DNA of 64,000 bases from Octopus vulgaris (taxonomy: Eukaryota). The stretch spans positions 98,146,001-98,210,000 of the forward strand of contig OX597824.1 of assembly GCA_951406725.2 (NCBI GenBank), written 5' to 3'. Of this stretch, positions 31,118 through 43,400 are shown in pieces (within the stretch, counting starts at the first letter, position 1; each line of letters opens with the position of its first letter). The translations under genes were made by a program, and so were the position numbers. The notes beneath the pieces are model-generated. The model was not told the DNA's origin. It searched no databases and was given only the letters and a program-made list of their open reading frames with translations.

Positions 31118-33455
31118 ACATGAAGGTTACAGAGAGGGTCATAAGCCAACTAATTAGAGAGAGAGTTAGTTTAGATGAGATGCAGTTTGGTTTCGTGCCA
31201 GGGAAAAGTACCACTGATGCTATATTCCTGGTAAGGCAGCTGCAGGAGAAATACCTAGCCAAAGATAAGGCCCTGTACCTGGCTTTTGTTGACATGGAGA
31301 AAGCCTTCGACAGGGTCCCCCGATCCCTCATATGGTGGTCAATGAGGAAACTAAGAATAGAAGAATGGTTAGTGAGAGCTGTGCAAGCCATGTACAGGGA
31401 CGCTGCTAGTAAGGTGAGGGTTGGAAATGAGTACAGTGAAGAATTCCGGGTAGAGGTAGGGGTCCACCAAGGCTCAGTCCTCAGCCCCCTCCTATTTATC
31501 ATAGTCCTCCAGGCAATAACGGAGGAATTCAAGACAGGATGCCCCTGGGAGCTCCTCTATGCTGATGACCTTGCTCTAATTGCTGAGTCATTATCAGAAC
31601 TGGAGAAGAAGTTTCAGGTGTGGAAGCATGGTTTAGAATCGAAGGGCCTTAGAGTCAACCTAGCTAAAACCAAAGTCGTAATAAGTAGGAAGGTAGACAA
31701 ATCACAAACGCCTTCAGGTAGATGGCCCTGCTCGATCTGTAGAAAAGGTGTAGGTAGAAACTCTATAAGATGCACCAAGTGTAAGCTATGGACACATAAG
31801 AGGTGCAGCAATGTCATAGGAAGGCTAACTAGGAAGATGGTTTTTGTATGTGGCAGATGCTCGGGAGCATTAACCTCTGAAAATCTGCAGAAAACAACTT
31901 CCGTCACTTTCCAGGGGGAAAAACTAGAAGTGGTTGATAGCTTCCGTTATCTTGGTGACCAAGTCAGTAGTGGGGGTGGGTGTGCTGAAAGTGTAACGGC
32001 TAGAGTAAGAATAGCCTGGGCAAAGTTTAGGGAGCTCTTACCTCTGTTGGTGACTAAAGGCCTCTCGCTCAGAGTAAAAGGCAGACTGTATGATGCATGT
32101 GTACGAACAGCTATGCTACATGGCAGTGAAACATGGGCCGTGACTGCTGAGGACATGCGTAAGCTCGCGAGAAATGAAGCTAGTATGCTCCGTTGGATGT
32201 GTAATGTCAGTGTTCATAGTCGACAGAGTGTAAGTACCTTGAGAGAAAAGTTGGACCTAAGAGGAATCAGATGTTGTGTGCAAGAGAGACGATTGCGCTG
32301 GTATGGTCATGTGGTGAGAATGGATGAAGATAGGTGTGTGAAAAAGTGCCACACCCTGGCAGTTGAGGGGACCTGTGGAAGAGGTAGACCCAGGAAAACC
32401 TGGGTCGAGGTGGTGAAGCACGACCTTCGAACTCTAGGTCTCACCAAGGAAATGACCAGAGACCGAGACCTATGGAAGTATGCTGTGCGTGAGAAGACCC
32501 GGCAAGACCAGTGAGAACAATCAAAATCAAATCATATATCAGAAAGCAGGGGTTAAGTGACCCATCTGTTCGTGTCCGCTGTCAGCCTCGTCTGGCACCC
32601 GTGCCGGTGATACGTAAAAGCACCATTCGCTCATGGCCGTTTGCCAGCTCTGCCTGGCCCCGTGTCGGTGGCACGTAAAAGCACCATCCGTTCGTGTTCG
32701 TTGCCAGCCTCGCCTGGCCCCGTGCCGGTGACACGTAAAAGCACCGTCCGTTCGTGGCCGTTGGCCAGCTCTGTCTGGCCCCGTGTCGGTGGCACGTAAA
32801 AGCACCATCCGTTCGTGGCCGTTGGCCAGCTCTGTCTGGCCCCGTGTCGGTGACACGTAAAAGCACCATCCGTCCGTGTCCGTTGCCAGCCTCGGCTGGC
32901 CCCCGTGCCGGTGAAACGTAAAAGCACCATCCGTTCGTGGCCGTTTGCCAGCTCTGTCTGGCCCCGTGTCGGTGGCACGTAAAAGCACCATCTGTCCGTG
33001 TCCGTTGCCAGCCTCAGCTGGCCCCCGTGCCGGTGACACGTAAAAGCACCGTCCGCTCGTGGTCGTTTGCCAGCTCTGTCTGGTGCCGGTGACACGTAAA
33101 AGCACCGTCCGTTCGTGGCCGGTTGCCAGCTCTGTCTGGCCCCGTGTCGGTGGCACGTAAAAGCACCGTCCGTTCGTGTCCGTTGCCAGCATCGCCTGGC
33201 CCCGTGCCGGTGACACGTAAAAGCACCATCCGTTCGTGGCCGTTCGCCAGCTCTGTCTGGCACCTGTGCAGGTGGCACGTAAAAAACACCCACTACACTC
33301 GCGGAGTGGTTGGCGTTAGGAAGGGCATCCAGCCGTAGAAACACTGCCAGATCTGACGAAGCCTTCCAGCTTCACAGACCCCAGTTGACCCGTCCAACCC
33401 ATGCTAGCATGGAAAACGGACGCTAAACGATGATGATGATGATGATGATGATGAC
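31118..33455 (+). mobile_element. RTE-clade LINE, 5'-truncated but young: uninterrupted RT ORF 31120-32514, 3' UTR with tandem array, (GAT)n tail
   Basis: QFGFVPGKSTTDAIF, FVDMEKAFDRVPR, GVHQGSVLSPLLF, LLYADDL, FRYLG, LHGSETW, RLRWYGHV and GRGRPRKTW; Cys/His finger insert; ends CATGCTAGCATGGAAAACGGACGCTAAAC(GAT)n. Confidence 0.93.
32562..33290 (+). repeat. Tandem array of 12 units of ~60-62 bp inside the RTE 3' UTR
   Basis: ACGTAAAAGCACC recurs near 32612, 32673, 32733, 32794, 32855, 32916, 32977, 33038, 33094, 33155, 33215 and (variant) 33277. Confidence 0.95.
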
Positions 33456-36400
33456 ATCTGTAAAAATGGTTTATTAATGAGCAATGTTGTTTATAATCTC
33501 CTCCCTGATAAGATTGATACATTATTCCACATTATTTTTCCATCACTCTTATATACATATATATATATATTTATATATATACATATATGTGTGTGTGTGT
33601 GTGTGTAAGAAATTAAAGAAGGAACTGCACACATTTTACATAGTTTTAATATATTTTACGATGTCCTCACTATTCTGCTCAAAAATTGCTCGCCCTCGTT
33701 GTTGTAGCGATTAAGTAAACATTGGCAAACCTCAAGACGTTTGCTTTTGTGCTCTGCAGTAAGCTCTCTTGGCAACTATCTTGCACAGACTTTATGGAAG
33801 CCGAGTTAGGCCTCCAACCAGGCTTTCACGATACTTTTAAAGCCAGGAAGTTTTCAGCACCCCCTTTATATATATACATATATACACTTACACACACACT
33901 ATATGTATGTATATTATAACTATCATAAACTTACCCACCTACCTTGTGCAGTCCTGTCCCTCTTCTCACTTATACCTATCCTTTTATACTTTGAGGGAAC
34001 ACCATGATATTTAGCACAAACCCACTTCCCAAATTAAGAAGGGATGTAAATTTTTGTACTTTATTGAAAAAGATGGGGTTTTTACAAAAGTATATAATAT
34101 AACTGCTCTTGTTACCTAGTGAGTCTATATAAATGAAGGCTTGTAGCTAGCCATTACACGTTTATTGCAATGGATATATCCCCTTTAAGAAGTGAAACCG
34201 GTTTGTAATAATGTACTTCAGAATATTTAATAGTGAATTTGTGTAATAAAATTATTTAAAATGTTTGAATCAGAAATTTTACTATAGAATATGCAATCTT
34301 GAAATGATCTGATTACAGTATTGTATTTTGGATAATATATATATATATATTGGAATATGTGATAATGTACTTTGAAAAAAATTGTGATAATCAGAATTAA
34401 CTGCAATATAAAAGGAATAATGCATATTTCAAAATTATTATCTTCCCTCTTGAGTGGAAGATATATACATATATATCAAAGGTTAGGTAGAGAAGGCTCT
34501 CATTATTTTTGACAAAGCCATGAGGAAGGCAGCTCTGCTGGAAGAAAGATTCTCTGACATAGGACTTGCAGTCAAAATAGTATCAGACATCTTATACTGC
34601 TTGTCACTGGAGCCTACTAAGCTGACCGAGAGAGTGGCAAAAGTGCTGGACAAGCATTGGTCACCTAAAACCCAATGACGTCCAAATGCCTCACTGTCAT
34701 TTCAGTTCTTGATCCATTTCATGTTTCATGAAGTCCTATGGCGATGGATGCACGGCATTGAAAGTCATATCCACACACACAAAATGATGAAAATAAATCA
34801 GATCAGGCTCAATGTGAGATGGCTATCATCTGACAAGATAAAGCAATCTTCATCATTATTATCATTTAACATCCGACTTCCTATATCTATATATTACCTG
34901 GTATTTTTCCTCATTTGTATCTCTTTGTATTCCTGTGTTGCTCTTTGTCAATGGGATGCTAAAAATAGCACACTGATGTGGGTATAAAACGAAAGGAAAC
35001 TAAAGATGATCTTGCAGGTCTTGGATCCTGAAGATGAGAAGGTACACAGCTATTGCTGGATCATATCACATGCAATAATGTGTTTAATATGTGAAACACT
35101 CAGCAATGATCAACTGATATTGGTGCACAGAAACGATTGTAGGGATTTGAAATGAAGCCTGTTCATTCCATCTTCTCACAATAAAATCCTTTTACATCCC
35201 ATGTAGAATTTCTTCAGCTGAACTCAAGAGTTTGTCTATATTTGTCTTTCCCTGCTGGCATCAGCTTCCCACATCCATTCCTGTCTAATCATCCGTTTTC
35301 ATCTGCTGCAGAGGCCAACACAAGAAAACTGTCCACTCTCAAGGCTTTGGTTGGCTTCTTGCGATAATAGAACACACTTGGCCAGTGTGTTACACGGTGC
35401 GACTAAACCAAATCTCATTTGTTTGGGAAGCAAAGTTCTTCACCACACAACCACACCCGCTTTGCAATGTCATCATCTTCCTTTTCTTATAAGACAATGG
35501 TGGGGGTGAGCCATTTGTGAAGTTGGCTGCTGTTTCTAGCAAGTCAAGTGATCACTTAAGAAACTTCTTTTAATAGTTCAACAGCAAGACGAAGTTTGGT
35601 GGAAGTGATGATGGTGATGGTGATGGTGATGACAGCAGAGTACTGATGGTGGTGGTGGTGGTGGGTGATGATGATGGCGGCGATGATGATATATACCTGC
35701 TCACTCCCGCACCAATTCATATTTAAAGCTGACAGAGAGAAATTATAAATTAATTAATTAATAAACAAAGAAACATTTCTAAATTTCAAATTTTGATTTA
35801 TTGAAGAAATAGGAAACACAATTGTTGATAAATTCCATAAAATATCACAAAAAATAAACAAAAATGTTTTTAAAAAATACCCACATCTACATGTGTTAGT
35901 GTGTGGTTGTGTGGAGATGGAGAAGGAGAGAGAGAAGGGTGGAGATGAGTGGATGAACAGACAGACACGTAAATAGGGTTAGGATTCAGGAATGTACATG
36001 GAAGAGAGAGACAGACAGAAGGATGGACAGAGAGGCAATGAGACAGTGAAATTAACAGGTAATTATGCAAATAAGCAATTAATGAGACGCATTAAAACTT
36101 TTTTGTAACTTGGTGGGGTAGTGGCTGTGATTTTCACAGGCCTCCTTGTCCAGTGAGTTTGATGCCATTAAGGAATGTTTATAAGTCAACATCTGTGGGA
36201 AAGATATGAGCAAGGAGCATGTCTCAAAAGGCAGACATTTTGGGAAGGAAACACTAGGAATAGTGGTTAGCATGAAGCGTAGAGTATGCAGACATGACAC
36301 AATGATGAGAAGAGGAAACACTGAAGAGATGTGGCACAAGCCAAGCCATCTCTTAGAAACAGACATCAGATGGATGGATGAATAGACAGAAAGAAGAATA

Positions 36401-37043
36401 GATAAAAAGGATAGATGTATAGAGAAAAGGATAGACAAATGGATGAATGGTCAGATGGAAGACTAGTTAGAGGAATGAATAGACACAGAAACAGACCTCA
36501 CACACACAGACAAACATAGTAGTGTGATGAGAAACAACCGTGTGGAATTCAGATGAGGTCTGTACCCCACACCTCCACCTCAATCAGGAATTTGAAAAAA
36601 CACAAAATAAAATTTCATAAGAGATAATAAAAAAATAACCACACACACACAATGTTGTTATTGTGGTTGTACTGAGATATAAATGGGATTCTGTGGTGTT
36701 CATGCATTTCTTTAATGACTTTCACTGAAACAGATCCAAGGGGAAAATTAAACAAATTTTGAGCAATAACTTTTACCACATCCTACAACTTCCACACAAT
36801 TAGTGTATTATTGAGGGGGTGAGCAACATTTCCACACACACACACACACACACAGGAAATTTCCACAGCCAGTAACATGTTATTAAGAGCAACATTTCCA
36901 CACACACACACACTCTCACATACTTGATATGTCATCATATTCTTTCCACACAGTAGTGGTGTGTCTATACAGCGTTTCCACACATACCACCAGTAATGTC
37001 CTCAATCAGTGGTATATTTGCATTATTGTGTCAGCAATAGCCG

Positions 37044-37077
<34 letters not shown>

Positions 37078-37102
37078 AAGCACATTTCCGCAGTTAGTGG
37101 TA

Positions 37103-37468
37103 TCTTTTATCTTTTGCTTCAGTCACTCAGGCATTGGACCGTGGCCATGCTGGGGCACCATCTTGAAGAATTTTTAGTTAAATGTATCGACCCCAGGATT
37201 TGTTTTTCTTTTTTAAGTTTGGTATTTATTTTATCAGTCTCTTTTGCCAAACTGCTAAGTTACAGGGACATAAACACACCAACACCAGTTGTCACGTGGT
37301 GATGGGGGACAAACCAACACAATGAGCTTCTTTCAGTTTCTGTCTTCCAAATCCACTCACAAGGCTTTGGTCGACCTGAGGTTATAGTAAAAAACACCTA
37401 CCTAAGGTGCCACATGGTAGGGCTGAACCCAGAACCATGTAGTTGGGAAGCAAGCCTCTTACCACACT
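37103..37468 (-). mobile_element. SINE family A, diverged copy
   Basis: GGCCATGCTGGGGCACC, TTTCAGTTTCTGTC..CAAATCCACTCACAAGGC and GAACC..GAACCATGT blocks match 3098-3509. Confidence 0.8.
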
Positions 37469-38052
37469 AAAAATTTCTAATTTCTACATCACATAATTAT
37501 AATTTTCTACCACTACAGTGATATGTTATTTTTATTGGGTGTGACAGCATTATTTCCACACACACACACCTACCATTTCCACAGATGATATCTGTGTGGA
37601 ACCAGTATAACTTTACACACCCATCCAATTCTTCAATACAGAACGACCCACCACAACCCCAACCACATGGTTATGTTTTAACATAATATTCCACACAAAG
37701 ACTATTGGAACTAAATATCCACACAATCACTTGATATACTTGCATTTGGTTTGCCACACACAGTAATTCCACTCACAACACCACAGTAAATTAGTTTCCA
37801 CACAAACACAGTTGATATATTCCCCATAGTTTTCCATTGATAAACTGATATATGTTATAATAAATTTCCACATACACCTGATATGTTATAATAGTAATTT
37901 TCCACACAAACTCACAGTTCGTAAGTTACTCTGTTTACCACAGAGTATTTCCACTGATGAGTTGGTGCTTGTCATAAAAGTAAAATTCCACACAATTGAT
38001 ATGCTACATGCAGAGTATTTCCATAAATATTGATACATGCTATAATACATTT

Positions 38053-38219
38053 CCACACTCACGGAGTGGTTGGCGTTAGGAAGGGCATCCAGCAGTAGAA
38101 ACACTGCCAGATCAGACTGGAGCCTGGTGCAGCCTCCTGGTTTTCCAGACCCCGCTCGAACTGCCCAACCCATGCTAGCATGGAAAACGGATGTTAAACG
38201 ATGATGATGATGATGATGA
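38053..38219 (+). mobile_element. 3' end of the RTE family (short 5'-truncated copy)
   Basis: GGAGTGGTTGGCGTTAGGAAGGGCATCCAGC..CATGCTAGCATGGAAAACGGA..(GAT)n, as at 33295-33455. Confidence 0.85.
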
Positions 38220-38394
38220 CAGTGAATAACAAACAACACAACATGCCTGATATATTGACCATAACCGATAAAGAGGCCAGCAAAACTGGTCACAACAAAC
38301 TCTGAATTAGGATTTATCTTCCACTAAATTCTATTAGTGGACTGTCCATGTTGAGTACTCCGATTTCTTCCCCAACTCCAAATTCCACCAGTGT

Positions 38395-39135
38395 ATTGGC
38401 TTTGGTGAGATGCAGTGGTTTGGGTCAAGACGAAGAACTAGTGATGACTTCTTCTTAGTGAGACAGATACAAAAGTTATTAGCCAAAAATAAGTCATTAA
38501 TCCTAACATTTGTTGACCCAGAGAAAGTCTTTGACAGGGTGCCACACCCTGTAATCCTGTGCAAGCTTGAAGAAGGGTAGAGTTAGTTACAGGTTCACAG
38601 AGAAATTTAAAGTCCATCAAGGTTTGCTTCTCTGCTTTTTGCTGTTTACCATAATTAATTCTATGACTTCAAGATTGGCCGTCAGTGGTGGGGTCTTCAT
38701 TACGTTAAGGGTGTACTTCCAGATCACCCAAAGAATTAGAGGAAAAGTTCTTAACATGGAATCAGAGTCCAGACTCAGGAAGCCTAAAGGTCAACCAAGC
38801 AGAGACAAAAGATTTCTGTCTGCTGCCATGCTTGGGAGGGGAGGAAGAGGAGGAGGATTAAGGGGAGGGGAGGAAGAGGAGGAGGATTAAGGGGAGGAGA
38901 AGGAAGTGGAGTGCAAGAAGGAGGTTGAATTGTCAGGAAGAACAGCCGGGACAAGAATCATTTCAACTGCTCAGAAGACAGTTGATAGTTTTTGTTACCT
39001 AGGCAACATCATCAACAGTGGAAGTAGGAGTAACAAGGGTATGGAAAGAGTATAGTATGGAGAAGAAGAGGAATTTGTGAGCCGTTTACTCTGTTGGCAA
39101 CAAAGGGGGTCCTTCACCAAGTGAAGGGTAACTTT
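38395..39135 (+). mobile_element. Degraded RTE LINE RT fragment
   Basis: Colinear with 31170-32080: GAGATGCAG..TTTG, TTTGTTGAC..GAGAAAG.CTTTGACAGGGT, GTCCATCAAGG and GTTGATAG..TTACCTAGG. Confidence 0.7.
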
Positions 39136-40377
39136 CATATAATCAACCCAGTAAGTTTTTTTCAATCACATCTTATAGAAATGTTATGAAGACAGTCACC
39201 GTTAGTTGTTTGGCAATAACTGAGTGCTAACAAACAGGCAACACACCGTACAGTAGAGGACTTATTTCATACAGGCTTTGTTAATGGATTGGTGTAAGTT
39301 AAGCAGAGGGAGGTCATAATGTGGTGGAGTGTGGCTTCAATGCAAAGTGAGGAGTGGTGGAGTGTGATGGAATGTGTTATAGCGGAACCCTGGAATGATG
39401 TTCAGTGTTGTTGTTCTGCCTCAGATAAGACTTGACTGGCAAAATCTATGATCAAAGCTACTCCAATTGTGACCGTCCTGCCTTGTTCCAACAAACAGGG
39501 AACACCAGGAGCACATTATTCAAAGATGGTAGAGTGTGGTTTGAAGGAAATTTGGTTGCTATTTCTAACAGACTGAGGGACCATAAACAGTCCCCTTCGT
39601 TGGTTGGTGTGGCCCAGTGGGGAGCTTCCTGAAGTGAGATCAATTGCAGAGGCTGTTGAAATTTTTGGTTTCTTTAGACCAGGGAGGAGACTAACCCCTA
39701 TAAAAAGGAGGACCCAGACAACTGCAACAGGAATTGAACTCAGGAGATAAATAGAACAAATCTAAATGCCACAAGGTATTATATCCAGTCCTGACCACCT
39801 CTACTGAACTTGTTTATTTGGACAAACAATTACTTCCATAGAGATAAGGACACAGATTTACAGGGTTTTGAGTGTAATCCTGGATTATCTCGTGGCTTTG
39901 AGATTTTGATGGTGTGGTTGTTCATTTTCAGAATAACATTGTAGGTTAGGTGTGAGAGGTTGGATCTAGTCAGTCTGAACATGCAACAGAATGTTTAAAA
40001 AGCTAAAGGGTCAATTCATGGCAATGAAAGGTAAAAATGGAATTAACTCGGGATTAGATCTGAAAACGGTTAAACAAGGAACAAAACTAAAAGCTGGGTT
40101 TGGTGCTTTGGCTTCTGGGATAAAATCAGAACCTGAAGAGAAATTGGAGAGGATTGAGAAGGGAGCTTCAGTTATGGGCTGGAATGGTCAGAGAGAGAGA
40201 GAGAGAGAAGGAAAAGAGTGAGGAGGGTGGAATAGTTGGGGGGGGGAGAAGGAACAGGAAAAGGTGGAGGTGGCGATTGGAAGACTGGAGGTCGGGTGGG
40301 GTGGCTTTTATTGTGGATAAAAGCAAAGAAGAGGAATAATTCGATGGAAAACTGTAAAAATAAACAATTTCAATAAT

Positions 40378-40489
40378 TTACTGCAAGGAACAGCGCTGAT
40401 CTCGATCTTGGAAACGTCGTCTGGTGGAAGAGAAGACACTGTTGAGGGATTTATACCTTGTGGGTGGTGGGTCCTCATGGCTTGCATTG
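40378..40489 (-). CDS. ARHGEF39: ARHGEF39-like terminal coding exon (NASHEDPPPTRYKSLNSVFSSTRRRFQDRDQRCSLQ*)
   Basis: Acceptor ctctctcctag; phase 2 matches the preceding exon; TAA at 40380-40378. Confidence 0.7.
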
Positions 40490-43400
40490 CTAGGAGAGAG
40501 AGAGAGAGAAAGAGAAAGTGTCAGGTGTTAATTACAAAGTGACGGATGAATTATATATAAAATTATCAATATCATATTAGGTGTTGGGTCTGTCATATCC
40601 CCTACGGCTCAAAAGGCCAATACTTAACCTGGTTTCTTGGTGTATAAGGGACTGAGGTAACAATATGGCCCTTTCAATGGAATGCCAACCCTTTCATCAT
40701 CATTTAACGCCCATTTTCCATGCTGGCATGGGTTTGACAGTTTCAAAGTAGCTGGCATGGTTGGAGAGCTACACCAGGTTCCAACTGTCTGTTGTGGCAT
40801 GGTTTCTCTGGATGTCCTTCCTAATGCTGTCCACTTTACAGAGTGTGGACTGGGAGCTTTTCTCATGTGGCACTGACAGAGGGCCTTTTTATGTGGAACC
40901 AGCACCAGCAGGGTTGCTAAGCAACAAGCAAAACAAAGACTTCTGAGTCGAGAAGGAGAGTGGAAGGGAGAGCAGTGGCTCCAGGCAAGACGGACAGAGG
41001 AGATACTTGGCCAGCCTAGGAGGACAGAGATGAAGGACGACGGTGGGGCAGAAGGCCTGAAATTTAGTGAGAAGGGGTTTGTCAGTTACATCAACCCCAG
41101 TATCTAACTGGTATTTATTTATCAATGCCATTTATTTATAAAAGGCGGAAGCTGGCAGAAACGTTAGCGGTATTTCGTCTGCTGCTATGTTCTGAGTTCC
41201 GTCAAGGTTGACTTTGCCTTTCATTCTTTCAGGGTCGATTAAATAAGTACCAGTTATGCACTGGGGTCGATATAATCGACTGAATCCATTTGTCTGTCCT
41301 TGTTTGCCCTCTCTGTGTTTAGCCCCTTGTGGGTAGTAAAGAAAAAGGTATTTATTTATCAATGTCACTTTGGTGGAATTTGAACTTAGAACAAAGATCC
41401 AGAAATAATGTCACTAAACATTTTCTGCAGCACATCATCATCATCATTTAACGTCTGCCTTCCATGCTGGCATGGGTTGGACAGTTTGACAGGAGCTGAC
41501 CAGGCAGGAGCTTGCACCAGACTTCTCTGTTTGGTTTGGCACAGTTTTTACAGCTGGATGCCCTTCCTAACACCAACCACTCCATAGAGTGGACTGAGTG
41601 CTTAACTGGGGCTTATTTTATCGACCCTCAAAAGAATGAAGAGCAAAGTTTGCTTTGGTGGGATTTGAACTCAGAATGAAAAGATGGATGAAATGCTGTT
41701 AAGCATTTTGTACAGCACAGTAACGATTCTGCCAGCTTGCCACCTGATTAATAATAATAATAATAATGTTTTAGACTTCAGCAGAAAGCCAACAATTTTA
41801 AGGGAGGGGTTCACTTGATGTCAGTGACCCCTGGATTTAGCTGGTACTTTATTTTATTAATCCTAGACAAGTAAAAGGCAAAGATGGTTCCAGTAGAATC
41901 TGGACTGAAAAGGTGGTGATTCACAAGAATTACTGCCGACCATTTTATCTGGCATTCAAAGGATTCGGCCCCTTGGCTGCCAAGAATCGTTTCAGATTTT
42001 GAAACAAGGAAAACGACTTTATGGTAGTGGTTAGGTCAGTTATATCAACCCCAGTATTTCGTTGGTACTGCATTTTGTCATCCTTGAAAGAGTCAGAAGA
42101 CAGGGTGGAAATGTGGATGAGATGAAGATTGAAATGGATTTACTTACAAAAACTGAGAAAGTGGGCGTGGCCGGCCTTCTCGAATATTGTTCTGGGGAGG
42201 GAGCTGGGGTGTGTCGTCAATGTTGTTGATGTTGTTGTTGATGTTTTCATTGTTTTCTGGTGTCATCAGGTCGATGCCTATGTTCTCTGTTAAACCTTCA
42301 TCGACCAACATAAAAGAATCCATCTCATCATGATGGGAAGACGTAGCTCCAGCTGGGCAAGTCAGAGATGACGACCACTGCAGAGAGAAGGGCAAAAACG
42401 TATTAGCAATTATGGATTTCATGAGGCAAAGAAGAAAGTTTAGACCAATTGTTGTTGGGGGGGGGGGGTGTGCAATGGTGTTGAAATGTAGGGGAGGGGG
42501 TGTCGAATGAATCAACACCAATATATTACTGGTACTGAATTTACCAATTCTAAAAAACAAGAAACCTAAAGTGCACTTCAGCAAAATTTGATCTCAGAAA
42601 AGACAGACAGACAGATATTGTAATTACACCAAACATTAATTAGCAATAATTGGGAAGCACGGTGACTGTGACATGTGGGTATAGATTAATAAATTTCTGA
42701 ACCCTGAATATCAACCACCACTCCCACCCTGCAACCCAAAGCCCCAAATAAATCTGGTACACAAACTTGCCAGACATCACTCAAAGACAGACTCAAAGTT
42801 GAACAGTGACTGGCAGCAAGTGGCATCGCCCAGCCCCACCACCCCCACAAAAAATGCATTGCCCCAACAAACACACACACACATGCGCATTTTATCCTTG
42901 TCAGTTCTAAACGACTGCCACTGTCATACAAGGTGTCCTTCCTTTCCAAATTTCCGGGGATGGGGGGGATACGACTTTGCTTGGAAACAGATGAGGGTTT
43001 GTGACAAGGAGAGCATCCAGCTGTGAGAAATCTGCTTCAACAAATTCCGTCTGACTCATGCCAGCAGGGAAAAGTGGACGTGAAAATGATGATGATGATG
43101 ATATATAGATGTGGGGGAGGGGGAACACACATCTTTACTTATACACCCATGCACGACCTTTAAAGAAACCTCCTCCTCATCTCTCCCTGCTATTTCTCTT
43201 TCCCTTTTTCACCTCCACCTCAATACCTATTTCTTTGCTACCCACAAGGGGGTTAAACACAGAGGGGACAAACGGATTAAGTCGATTACATCAAATCCAG
43301 TGCGTAACTGGTACTTGATGAAAAGCAAAGTCGACCTCGGCGGAATTTGAACTCAGAACATAACGGCAGACGAAATACCGCTGAGCATCTCGCCCGGTGC

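Noticed and set aside
32562-33290. CRISPR-like appearance of the 61-bp array, and its minus-strand ORFs (32539-33344)
   Set aside because: The sequences between conserved cores are homologous rather than unique spacers, there are no cas genes, and the context is eukaryotic. The ORFs arise from GC-rich repeat periodicity.
40307-40312. AATAAA on the minus strand about 66 nt after the stop codon
   Set aside because: It cannot be distinguished from other candidates, such as 35797-35802, without 3'-end data.
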